Shown here piece by piece: positions 49,118 through 57,736 of a stretch of DNA of 64,000 bases. Both the position numbers and the translations under genes were made by a program. The number at the start of each line of letters is the position of its first letter. Position 1 is the first letter of the stretch. The notes below the pieces were generated by a model. The model was not told the origin of the DNA, ran no database searches, and saw only the letters and a program-made list of their open reading frames with translations. This DNA is from Candidatus Deferrimicrobiaceae bacterium (lineage in GTDB: Bacteria; Desulfobacterota; Deferrimicrobia; Deferrimicrobiales; Deferrimicrobiaceae), in assembly GCA_963792415.1 (NCBI GenBank), contig CAWBVY010000004.1:448001-512000 (forward strand), given 5' to 3'.

Positions 49118-49711
49118 ATGTCGTTCATCAACTACGCGTCTCGCGAGATCAACTGCAAGATCGTCTATTACGGGCCCGGCCTGTGCGGGAAAACGACCAA
49201 TCTGCAATTCATCCACCAGCGGATGAACCCCGAGTCGCGCGGGAAGATGATCTCCCTCGCCACCGAGACGGAGCGGACCCTCTTTTTCGACTTCCTCCCC
49301 CTGTCGATGGGCGAGATCCGCGGCTTCAAGACGCGCTTCCACCTGTACACCGTTCCCGGCCAGATTTTCTACGACGCCAGCCGGAGGCTCATCCTGCGCG
49401 GCGTCGACGGTGTCGTCTTCTGCGCCGACTCGCAGCTCACCCGCGTGGACTCGAACGAGGAGTCGATGGAGAACCTCCGGATGAACCTCCGGGAGCAAGG
49501 GTACGACCCGGACAGGCTCCCCCAGGTGATCCAGTACAACAAGCGCGACCTGCCGAACATCGCCTCGCTGGCCGAGCTCCACGCGCTCCTCAACCGGCGC
49601 AACGTCCCCGAGATCGAGGCGGCGGCCTCCTCGGGGATCGGGGTCTTCGAGACGCTCAAGACGGTCATCAAGCAGGTCCTGATCGACCTGAAACGGGGCC
49701 GACGGCAATAA
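49118..49711 (+). CDS. mglA: Small Ras-like GTPase MglA
   Basis: MSFINYASREINCKIVYYGPGLCGKTTNL, TERTLFFDFLP, YTVPGQ, QYNKRDLP. Confidence 0.97.
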   Translation: MSFINYASREINCKIVYYGPGLCGKTTNLQFIHQRMNPESRGKMISLATETERTLFFDFLPLSMGEIRGFKTRFHLYTVPGQIFYDASRRLILRGVDGVVFCADSQLTRVDSNEESMENLRMNLREQGYDPDRLPQVIQYNKRDLPNIASLAELHALLNRRNVPEIEAAASSGIGVFETLKTVIKQVLIDLKRGRRQ

Positions 49712-50640
49712 GGTTCGAACTCATCGTCAGCGTTGCCTCCCCCGGGGAGCTCGAGGGGACCGACCTCTCTCCCTACGACGCCGTGTGCCTCGGGAGCCCG
49801 TACTGCCGGCGCGTCGAGGGAAACTACGCCGAAGCGCTCGACCTTCTCCCCGGTGTCGTCTCCCGGCTTCACGCGGCCGGGAAGCGCGCGTACGTCGCCA
49901 CGCCCGCCGTTCCGCGCGAGGCGGACCTCCCCCACGTCATCCGGCTCGTCGACGCCGCCGCGTCCGCCGGGGTGGATGCCCTCGAGATCCACAACATGGG
50001 GGTCCTCCGGATCGTGCGCGAAAAGGGGGGGCCGGTCCCGGCCCACATGGGCGCCTACGCGAACGTCTATACCCACCTTGCGGCCGGGGTCATGCGCGAC
50101 GCGGGGGCGGTCCGGGTGCGTCCCAACGCCGAGGTGTCCCTCGAGGAGATGGCGATCCTCGCCCGCGAGGCGGCGGTCGAGGTCGAGGTGCTCGTCCACG
50201 GGAAGATCCCCCTCGGGGTCACCGACCGCTGCTTCCTGCTCACGGAGCCCGAGGAGTCCGACCCGAAGTGCCCGTCCGCCTGCGGGGAGGTCCACTGGCT
50301 CACCTCCCGCGAGTGGGTCCTGAAGACGGTCGGGAAGGGGGTCCTCTCGGGCCGGGACATGTGCCTGCTGGAGCACCTTCCGCGGCTGGTCGCGGACGGC
50401 TTCCGCGTCTTCCGGGTCGAGGGGCTCTACGAGACCGGGGCCTACCGGTCGGAGATCGGCGCCGCCTACCGGGAGGCGCTGACCCGGGCCATCGCCGGCG
50501 GTTCGTTCGCGCTGGAGGATCGGTGGGTCGACGCCGCGAGGCGCCACGCCCCCCGGGGCCTGTGCAACGGGTATTATTTCGGGACGGCCGGCCGAACGTA
50601 CGTCGGGACGGTTTTACAAGACCCCAACCCTGAGGTATAA
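49708..50640 (+). CDS. U32-family protein, UbiV-like; apparent ATA start overlapping the mglA stop
   Basis: DAVCLGSPYCRR, EVEVLVHGKIPLGVTDRCF, CPSAC, DMCLLEHLP, FRVEG, GLCNGYYFG. Confidence 0.8.
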   Translation: MRFELIVSVASPGELEGTDLSPYDAVCLGSPYCRRVEGNYAEALDLLPGVVSRLHAAGKRAYVATPAVPREADLPHVIRLVDAAASAGVDALEIHNMGVLRIVREKGGPVPAHMGAYANVYTHLAAGVMRDAGAVRVRPNAEVSLEEMAILAREAAVEVEVLVHGKIPLGVTDRCFLLTEPEESDPKCPSACGEVHWLTSREWVLKTVGKGVLSGRDMCLLEHLPRLVADGFRVFRVEGLYETGAYRSEIGAAYREALTRAIAGGSFALEDRWVDAARRHAPRGLCNGYYFGTAGRTYVGTVLQDPNPEV

Positions 50641-50641
50641 T
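50613..50641 (+). promoter_or_regulatory. Internal sigma70 promoter for the second U32 gene
   Basis: TTTACA-N17-TATAAT overlapping the end of the upstream gene. Confidence 0.65.
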
Positions 50642-50694
50642 TCACGTTTGCGTATTCCCTGCGAACGGGATCCGCGTACGGAGGAGTGACGTCG

Positions 50695-51648
50695 ATGGCC
50701 GAGTTGCTGGCATCCGGCGGTTCCATGGAGATGGTGCGGGCCGCCTTCGACAACGGGGCGGACGCTGTTTATGTGGGCGCCACGGGGTGGAGCCGCCGCC
50801 GGGCGGAGTTCGAGATGGACGACGCCGCGATCGTCGAGGCGCAGCGGTACGCCCGTTCCGCCGGGAAGATCCTCCGGGTGGCGTTCAACACCCTCCCGGC
50901 GTCCACCGAGGTCCCGCTCTTCCTGGCGCGGGCCGACGCGCTCTACGCCGCCGGCGTGCGCGACTTCATCCTCACCGACCCAGGGCTGATGATGGCCCTG
51001 AAGAACCGCCATCCCGACACGATCCTCCACGCGAGCGTGGGGTGCACCATCATCAACATCCAGGACGCCCTCTTCTACAAGGAGGCGGGCGCTTCCCAGG
51101 TGGTCGCCGAGTGTCGCATGGGGAAGGCGACGATGCGCAGGATCAAGGCGGAAGCGGGGGTCGGGCTCGAGGTCCTCGTCCACGCCACCACCTGCTACAC
51201 GCTCCTCGGCCGCTGCACGATGAGCAGCTACACGAAGCTCGGGCACAGGGTGGACGCCTCGGGAAAGGACCATTTCCCCGGCAGCCCGAACCGCGGCGGC
51301 CTCTGCTACCGGATCTGTCTCACCGACTGGGATCGGGTGGGCGCGACCGGGGAGATCGAGGCGTCCGGCGTGGAGCTGCCGAACCGGGCCTACTTCCTCG
51401 CCGACGATATTCCCTACCTGATCGACCACGGGGTCGACACGATCAAGATCCAGGGGCGGGAGTATTCCGTGCCGCTGGTGGGACGGATGGTCCGGTTCTA
51501 CCGCGAGCTGATCGACGCCTGCGTGCGCGACCGCGCCGGGTTCCGGATGGATCCGTGGAGGGAGCGGATGGCCGGCATCGTCGCCGACCGCGACGCCGAG
51601 CGCCGGGAAAAGACCACGGGGCTGCTCTCCGAATCCCTCGACCGGTAA
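50695..51648 (+). CDS. U32-family protein, UbiU-like (alternative GTG start 50686)
   Basis: ELLASGGS, GADAVYVG, HASV, LEVLVHATTCYTLLGRCTMSSY, NRGGLCYRIC, IKIQGR. Confidence 0.88.
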   Translation: MAELLASGGSMEMVRAAFDNGADAVYVGATGWSRRRAEFEMDDAAIVEAQRYARSAGKILRVAFNTLPASTEVPLFLARADALYAAGVRDFILTDPGLMMALKNRHPDTILHASVGCTIINIQDALFYKEAGASQVVAECRMGKATMRRIKAEAGVGLEVLVHATTCYTLLGRCTMSSYTKLGHRVDASGKDHFPGSPNRGGLCYRICLTDWDRVGATGEIEASGVELPNRAYFLADDIPYLIDHGVDTIKIQGREYSVPLVGRMVRFYRELIDACVRDRAGFRMDPWRERMAGIVADRDAERREKTTGLLSESLDR

Positions 51649-51651
51649 CTC

Positions 51652-51875
51652 ATCACAAATACGGCCTTCGGCTGCGTCGCCTCGGAGGGCGGGGCTCCGT
51701 TCGTGGCTCGCCGTGCGATGAACCTGCACGGCTGCGCCCCCCGTTCTTCCTACAGCAGGGGTACCCCACCGGCGCGAAGCTCGTAGTGGGGCGCCCCCCC
51801 CTGCGGCGACTCCGCCGGACCGTCCCGTTGCACGTCTTCAGATCTATCTTCCCGGTACGTTGCCGTATTTGTGAT
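51652..51875. mobile_element. MITE-like non-autonomous element
   Basis: Perfect 14-bp terminal inverted repeats ATCACAAATACGGC (51652-51665) and GCCGTATTTGTGAT (51862-51875); fills the gap between convergent genes; contains an inverted 28-bp REP-like copy. Confidence 0.65.
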
Positions 51876-51884
51876 CCGCTCTGG

Positions 51885-52070
51885 TTAATGGGACATGTCG
51901 CCCTCGCGGAAATACTCGATGAGGGCGCGCTCCACCACGATGTCCCGCGTCACGCGGCAGTTCCGGCAGAACTCCTTCAGCTGATCGGCCAGCGGTGCCG
52001 GCAGCGTCACCGTCACCAATACCGGATCCCTCTCCCCGGTTCCCTTTCCCCCGCCCGTCTTCCCGTTCAT
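51885..52070 (-). CDS. Small ribbon-helix-helix (CopG-like) protein
   Basis: LVTVTLPAPLADQLKEFCRNCRVTRDIVVERALIEYF; AAGGA RBS; 4-nt overlap with livF. Confidence 0.7.
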   Translation of the reverse strand: MNGKTGGGKGTGERDPVLVTVTLPAPLADQLKEFCRNCRVTRDIVVERALIEYFREGDMSH

Positions 52071-52849
52071 GGTTTTTCCTTTCTGTCGATTCCCTCGCCG
52101 ATCGTCTCTCCCGGGGTCTCCCCCGGGCGGAAATGCCGGTAGAGCAGAGAAACCAGTTCCTTCGCGTCGGCGACGTCCGACCGCGTTCCCTCGTGGACCA
52201 GGGAGCCGTTCCGGAAAATGACGTGCCGGTCGAGGAGCCGGAACGCCCCTTCCGCGTCGTGCTCGGCGAAGACGGTCGTCGCCCGTCCCTTCAACGTACC
52301 TTCGATCACGGAGAGCAGCCGGTCGCGGACTTCGCGGGAGAGACCGAGGAACGGCTCGTCCATCAGGAGAAGCGTCGGCTCCGCCACCAGCGCCCGCCCG
52401 AGGATCAGCATCTGACGCTCTCCGCCCGAGAGCACCCCCGCGGGGGAGTGCGCCATCGAAGCCAGCGCGGGGAAGAGGGAGAATACGCGCTCGCGCGCCG
52501 CGCTCCATCGGGAGGGGGGAAGGAGCCACGCGCCGGCCTCGAGGTTCTCGAGGACGGTCATCCGCGTCGCCACACGCGACCGGTCGGAGACGTACCGTAT
52601 CCCTCGCGCGGCCCGCTCGTGGGCCGGAAGCGACGTCACGTCCTCGCCCCGCCACGCGATCCTTCCCCGCGTGGCCGGGATCAGCCCCGCCACCGCCTTG
52701 AGGAAGGTCGTCTTTCCGGAGCCGTTCGCGCCGAAGATCGCCACCGTCTCCCCCTCCCGCGCCGTGAGGGAGACGTCGCGCACCGCCACCACCTGCCCGA
52801 AGGCGACAGTGAGATTGCGCACCTTCAGGATGGACGTCCCGCCGGACAC
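52067..52849 (-). CDS. Branched-chain amino acid-type ABC transporter ATPase (LivF-like)
   Basis: GANGSGKTT, LSGGERQML, LLMDEPFLGL. Confidence 0.9.
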   Translation of the reverse strand: MSGGTSILKVRNLTVAFGQVVAVRDVSLTAREGETVAIFGANGSGKTTFLKAVAGLIPATRGRIAWRGEDVTSLPAHERAARGIRYVSDRSRVATRMTVLENLEAGAWLLPPSRWSAARERVFSLFPALASMAHSPAGVLSGGERQMLILGRALVAEPTLLLMDEPFLGLSREVRDRLLSVIEGTLKGRATTVFAEHDAEGAFRLLDRHVIFRNGSLVHEGTRSDVADAKELVSLLYRHFRPGETPGETIGEGIDRKEKP

Positions 52850-53538
52850 TATACGATCCTCTCCCGCACGATCCGCCCCTCTTCGAGCACGAGGATGCGC
52901 CTGCAGAGGCTTTTCAGCAGCGGCGGGTTATGGGAGACCAGCAGGAACGCCGTCCCCTCGTCGCGGTTCGCCGCGCGCAGAAGCGCCGTCAGGTCCCCCT
53001 CGTCCGCGGCCGAGAGGGCGGAGAAGATCTCGTCGAGGATCAGCAGCTTCGGCCGGCACGCCAGCCCCCGCGCGAACTCGAGGCGGCGGAGGCACCCCTG
53101 GGACAGTTGGGCGCACGGCACGAACCGCTGGTTGAACAGTCCCGTCCGGGCGAGGAGGTCCTCGGCCGGTCCCTCTTCCTCCTCCCGCGTCCCGCCCTCT
53201 TCCTTCCGTTTCCCCGCGTTGACCGCGAAGGCGACCCGCACCGCCTCGCGCACCGATAAAGCGGGGTACGGGTGCGGGATCTGGAAGGTCCGCGCGATCC
53301 CGAGCCGGTATCGGGCGTCGAGCGGCATCCGCGTGATCTCCTTCCCGTCGAACCGGACCGTGCCCGCGTCGGGGCGAAGAAGGCCCGAGAGGATGTTGAC
53401 GAGCGTGGTTTTCCCCGAACCGTTCGGGCCGAAGAGCCCCACGGGTTCCCCCGGGGCGACCGACAGGGTGATCCCGGAGAGGACCCGCGTGGGACCGAAC
53501 GATTTCGCGATCCCGTCCGCCGACAGCAGCGCGTTCAC
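52849..53538 (-). CDS. Branched-chain amino acid-type ABC transporter ATPase (LivG-like)
   Basis: GPNGSGKTT, GIARTFQIP, RRLEFARGLA, LILDE. Confidence 0.9.
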   Translation of the reverse strand: MNALLSADGIAKSFGPTRVLSGITLSVAPGEPVGLFGPNGSGKTTLVNILSGLLRPDAGTVRFDGKEITRMPLDARYRLGIARTFQIPHPYPALSVREAVRVAFAVNAGKRKEEGGTREEEEGPAEDLLARTGLFNQRFVPCAQLSQGCLRRLEFARGLACRPKLLILDEIFSALSAADEGDLTALLRAANRDEGTAFLLVSHNPPLLKSLCRRILVLEEGRIVRERIV

Positions 53539-54605
53539 GGCGCTTCCTCCCCGTTCCGGTTCCGGCCGCGGCTTCGCCGGGACCGCCCCCCTTCCTTCCC
53601 GCCGAGCCGCGAGGCCAGGTCCCGCGCGGTCCCGACGACTCCCCCGGGGAAGAACCGCAGGGCGAGCAGCAGGGTCAGCGCGTAGAGCAGGACCCGCGCC
53701 GAAGGGGGCAGGGAAAGCCCCTGGAAGAGGAGATGGAGGACCAGCGCCGCGACGACGGGACCCACGATCGTCCCGCGCCCCCCCACGGCGGCGAACGTGG
53801 CCGCCTGGAAGGAGAGCTCGAGGGAGAGATCGGTCGCCGTGGCGCGACCGACGTGGAGGGCGAAGCCGGCTCCCGCCGCTCCCGCGAAGGCGGACCCGAC
53901 GGCGAACGCGAGCCGCTTGAACCGGGCGATCGGGACCCCCGAGGCCTGGGCCGTGATCGGGGACCCGGCGACCGCGCGCAGGACGAGCCCCGCCTCCGAG
54001 CGCAGGAAGCGCAGCATGCCGAAGGAGGCGAGGCACAGGAAGGCGAGGGCGGCGTAATACGACGAGAACGGGGAGGCGTCCCGCCACGGAAGCGCCACCG
54101 GGATCCCGCCCTCGCCGCCCCACGCGTACCCTCCCGGCCCGGAGAAGAAGGTATGGCCGACGGCCACCTCGTGCGCGATCTCGCCCAGCGCAAGGGTGAG
54201 CAGCGCCACGAACGGCCCGGCCAGCGGCGCCGAGAGCGCTCCGATCCCCGCGCCCACCGCGGCGGCCAGGAGGACCGCCGCCCCCACCGCCAGGGGAAGC
54301 GGCCATCCGGCGAAGCTCGTGAGCAGCGCGCAGGCGTACGCCGCCGTCCCGAAGGGGAGGGCGTGACCGAGCGTGGTCTGCCCCGAGACGCCGCCGACCA
54401 CGTCCCACGACGCCGCGAACGCGGCCAGCAGGAACCCGGTCGTGAAAACGTCGAGGAAGAAGACGTCCGGGGAGGATAGCGGGAAGAGCAGGAGCAGCCC
54501 GATCCCGGCCGCCAGCCAGCCCCCCCCCCGCCACGGGCTTCGCGCCGGCGGGGTACCCCCGCGGAGAGAGACCCTGGAGGCACGGAATGGGGCCGCGTTC
54601 CTCAA
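53535..54605 (-). CDS. ABC transporter permease (LivM-like)
   Basis: GQTTLGHALPFG, FVALLTLALGE, GGEGGI, VGGRGTIVGP, FFPGGVVG; TTG start overlaps the livH stop. Confidence 0.85.
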   Translation of the reverse strand: MRNAAPFRASRVSLRGGTPPARSPWRGGGWLAAGIGLLLLFPLSSPDVFFLDVFTTGFLLAAFAASWDVVGGVSGQTTLGHALPFGTAAYACALLTSFAGWPLPLAVGAAVLLAAAVGAGIGALSAPLAGPFVALLTLALGEIAHEVAVGHTFFSGPGGYAWGGEGGIPVALPWRDASPFSSYYAALAFLCLASFGMLRFLRSEAGLVLRAVAGSPITAQASGVPIARFKRLAFAVGSAFAGAAGAGFALHVGRATATDLSLELSFQAATFAAVGGRGTIVGPVVAALVLHLLFQGLSLPPSARVLLYALTLLLALRFFPGGVVGTARDLASRLGGKEGGRSRRSRGRNRNGEEAP

Positions 54606-55465
54606 TCCCGCCGCCCGGCCAGTGCAACGATTCCCGCCGGGCGCGCCGAAAGGAGCAGGCAGACGGCGACGAGCAGGGCGACGTACGACCACTGGGGGGA
54701 GAGGAACCAGGCGCACGCGTTCCCGAGGATGCCCAGCCCGATCGAGAGGAGGAAGATCGCCGCCACGGAGTCCATCCCGGCGACGATCACGACGACGAGG
54801 GAGAGCAGGAGCGGCGCGCGCCCCATCGTCGGCGTCACCGCTCCCGAAGGGGAGAGGAGGGCTCCCGCCGCCGCCGCCATCGCGCAGGCCCCGCCGAACG
54901 TCAGGTACCGGATCGCCTCGACGTCCATCCCGAGCGAGCAGGCGATCTCCTCGTCCTCGGCGATCAGGCGAAGCGGCAGCCCGGGGCGGGCGGAGAGAAC
55001 CCATTTCAGTCCCCCCAGCAGCGCGGCGGACGAGAGGAACGCGATCACCCCCCACCGCCGGAGGACGAGTCCCCCCGGACCGATCCACGGCGCCCCCGCC
55101 CCGATCGAGAGGGGGTGCGGGCCCCAGACGATCTGCGCCGCCTGCTCGAACAGGAGGGCGAACGCGAGGGTCCCTACCGTGAGGGCGAACGGGTGGCTCC
55201 GGACCGGGTTGACGAAACTTTTCCCGAGGAAGACGCCGAAGGCGAAGGCGATACCGGCGGCGAGCGGCGCCGCGGCGATCGGGCTTCCGATCCCTCTCTC
55301 GGCGAGCGCGCAGGCGACGTAGGCCCCCAGCGTGAAGAAGGCCCCGTGGGAAAGGTTGACCACCTTGACCACTCCAAGGATCAGCGCCATCCCCGCCGCC
55401 ATCAATGCGTACGCCGCCCCGGCGAAGAGGCCGTCGAGGAGCACCTGGAGAAGGGGAGGCGCCAC
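54602..55465 (-). CDS. ABC transporter permease (LivH-like)
   Basis: DGLFAGAAYALMAAGMALILGVVKVVNLSHGAFFTLGAY, RPAGI. Confidence 0.88.
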   Translation of the reverse strand: MAPPLLQVLLDGLFAGAAYALMAAGMALILGVVKVVNLSHGAFFTLGAYVACALAERGIGSPIAAAPLAAGIAFAFGVFLGKSFVNPVRSHPFALTVGTLAFALLFEQAAQIVWGPHPLSIGAGAPWIGPGGLVLRRWGVIAFLSSAALLGGLKWVLSARPGLPLRLIAEDEEIACSLGMDVEAIRYLTFGGACAMAAAAGALLSPSGAVTPTMGRAPLLLSLVVVIVAGMDSVAAIFLLSIGLGILGNACAWFLSPQWSYVALLVAVCLLLSARPAGIVALAGRRD

Positions 55466-56733
55466 TAGGGCACCGTCAGCGGGGAGGGGAAGACGATCCG
55501 GGCGCCGCCGCGTTCCCAGCGCACGAAGGTCCCCTGCAGCGCCCCGGGGCCGGATCCCCAAAGGGCCTGGTGGGCGGCGTCGAAACGGTACGTTCCGGCG
55601 ACGCCGGGGAACGCCCCGCGCTCGAGAACGGGAACGACGACGGCGGACTCCACGCTGCCCGCCGTGCGCCAGGCGGCCACGAGCACCGTGACGGCGTCGA
55701 AGGGAAGCGTGTCGCTGTACCCTACGGGCGGCGCCCCGTACCGGTGTTCATAGAGCTCCACGTACGCCGTGGCGGCGGGGGAGACGCCCCGCCACGCGGC
55801 GGCCTGCACGTAGACCGGCGCGGAGAGCGGAACGGAGGCGGCCAGTCGGGCGTCCCCCAGCGCCCCCCCGATGGAAAGGGCCGGGAGCGCGGGCGCCGAC
55901 TCGCGCAGCCGCTTCAGGAAGGAGACGGAGTTCCGTCCCGGATCGGCGAGAATCACGATGTCGGGAGAGGCGGCCGCAGCGGCGACCGCTACGGTGTCGA
56001 ACGCCGGGTTCCCCGGGCTGTAGAAGGCGGTGTAGGCCGGCGTGATCCCCCGCGGGGCGGCGATCCGCTCGAGCGTCTCCCCCAGCTCCAGGTTCCAGCG
56101 GATTCCGGCGCCGACGAACGCGTACCGGGCGACGTTCCTGTCGGACAGGAAGGCGGCGATCCTCTCCGCCCATTGCGGGAGCGAGTATCCCACACGGAAG
56201 ACGTAGCGGTACCGGTCGTACTCCTGCCGCACCTTGTCGGTGATCTCGGCGGTGGCGGCCACGGGGACGATGAGCACCATCCGCTCCGCGGCGGCGACTT
56301 CCATCACTCCCACGGTTTCCTCGGACAGGTACGCGCCGACCAGTGCGGAGACCTTCTCCCTGGAAACCAGGCGCAGCGCCTCCGACTTCGCCACGTCCAC
56401 GCGCCCCTGCGTATCTCCGACAACGATCGTCACCCGTTGGCCGGAGACCCCCCCTTCGGCGTTGGCCTGCTCGACGGCGAGGGTCGCGGCCTGCACGAAC
56501 GACGTCCCGCCGGCGGCGTACGGGCCGGAGAGCGGGGCCAGCACCCCGATCTTCAGGGTGTCCGAACTCCCGGCGGCGACGCAGGGAGCCGCGAAAAAAG
56601 CGGGGGATGAAAGAGAAAGGAACAGCGCCGCGGATCCGATGAGAATACGGGAAAGGCGAAGAAGGGGTCCGGAGTCAACCGTCACGTTCCGCCCTCCCGA
56701 AGCGGTGGGTTCGTCGGAGGAATGCGGCTTCAA
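55465..56733 (-). CDS. ABC transporter substrate-binding protein (LivK/LivJ-like); true start probably slightly downstream
   Basis: Signal peptide, LKIGVLAPLSGPYAAGG, AVEQANAEGGV.G, YVFR, GVAGTYRFD. Confidence 0.88.
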   Translation of the reverse strand: MKPHSSDEPTASGGRNVTVDSGPLLRLSRILIGSAALFLSLSSPAFFAAPCVAAGSSDTLKIGVLAPLSGPYAAGGTSFVQAATLAVEQANAEGGVSGQRVTIVVGDTQGRVDVAKSEALRLVSREKVSALVGAYLSEETVGVMEVAAAERMVLIVPVAATAEITDKVRQEYDRYRYVFRVGYSLPQWAERIAAFLSDRNVARYAFVGAGIRWNLELGETLERIAAPRGITPAYTAFYSPGNPAFDTVAVAAAAASPDIVILADPGRNSVSFLKRLRESAPALPALSIGGALGDARLAASVPLSAPVYVQAAAWRGVSPAATAYVELYEHRYGAPPVGYSDTLPFDAVTVLVAAWRTAGSVESAVVVPVLERGAFPGVAGTYRFDAAHQALWGSGPGALQGTFVRWERGGARIVFPSPLTVP

Positions 56734-56832
56734 CTATACCATAAATCAGGAGAATTTTATGTTTTCCCGCGGAGTGCCCTGTGGTATACTCCTTCGATCC
56801 CGAAAGGCGCTTGAAAGAGAGAGACCCCTGAG

Positions 56833-57717
56833 ATGAACCGGCTGATGACAGCCATCGTCGCGCTTGTCGTGCTCGCGGCGATCCCCTCCGTCTCGCCTGC
56901 CGCCGCCACGCACGTGGTCCGGAAAGGGGACACGCTGGGGAAGATCGCGCGCGCCCACCATGTCTCCGTGGCGAAGATCCAGGAGGCGAACGGTCTCGAG
57001 GGGACGCGTCTCTCGGTGGGCACGAAGCTCGTCCTTCCCGGCGGCAAGACGCCTCCGAAGCGCCGCAAAGCCCGCGCCGTAAAAAGCCGGGGGGTGACCG
57101 TGGGGGTGTCGACTCCCGCGGAAGAGCCGCAGTCCGGGGCGCAGCCCTCCCCCGTCGACCCGCGGGAATCCACGCCGTCCATGAACGCGTGGAAGCCTCC
57201 CACGGAAGCCGAGCTTGCCGAACTTGCCCGTGCATCGAGGGAGGCGGACACCGCACCCCCGGCCGTGGCGGTTTCTCCGGTCGCGGCGGCCGCGGACGAC
57301 CCGGAGGCACTGCAGGCGGGCGATTCGACCAAGGACCGCCTCCTGCGCGTCGCCCGGGGGATGCTCGAGGTTCCGTACCGTTACGGCGGCACCACCCTCT
57401 GGGGGCTGGACTGCTCCGGCTTCGTGAAGAAGGCGTTCGCCTTTTTCGGCCTCGACCTGCCGCACTCCGCCCGGGCGCAGTTCCGGGAGGGGATAAAGGT
57501 CTCGAAGGAGGAACTCTCGGCGGGCGACCTGGTCTTCTTCCGCACCCGCGCGAAATACGCGTCCCACGTCGGGATCTACCTCGGGGACAACCGGTTCATC
57601 CACGCATCGGGGCACGACCGGAAGGTCACGATCGACAGCCTCGACAAGCCGTACTACGTGAAGCATTACCTCGGCGCCAAGCGCCTGCTCACTGAAGAGG
57701 ATCGGATCGAGAACTGA
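56833..57717 (+). CDS. LysM + NlpC/P60 peptidoglycan hydrolase
   Basis: Signal peptide, HVVRKGDTLGKIA (LysM), PYRYGG..GLDCSGF, GDLVFF, HVGIYLG..FIHAS. Confidence 0.94.
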   Translation: MNRLMTAIVALVVLAAIPSVSPAAATHVVRKGDTLGKIARAHHVSVAKIQEANGLEGTRLSVGTKLVLPGGKTPPKRRKARAVKSRGVTVGVSTPAEEPQSGAQPSPVDPRESTPSMNAWKPPTEAELAELARASREADTAPPAVAVSPVAAAADDPEALQAGDSTKDRLLRVARGMLEVPYRYGGTTLWGLDCSGFVKKAFAFFGLDLPHSARAQFREGIKVSKEELSAGDLVFFRTRAKYASHVGIYLGDNRFIHASGHDRKVTIDSLDKPYYVKHYLGAKRLLTEEDRIEN

Positions 57718-57736
57718 CGCCCGCCCCGGCCGGGCG

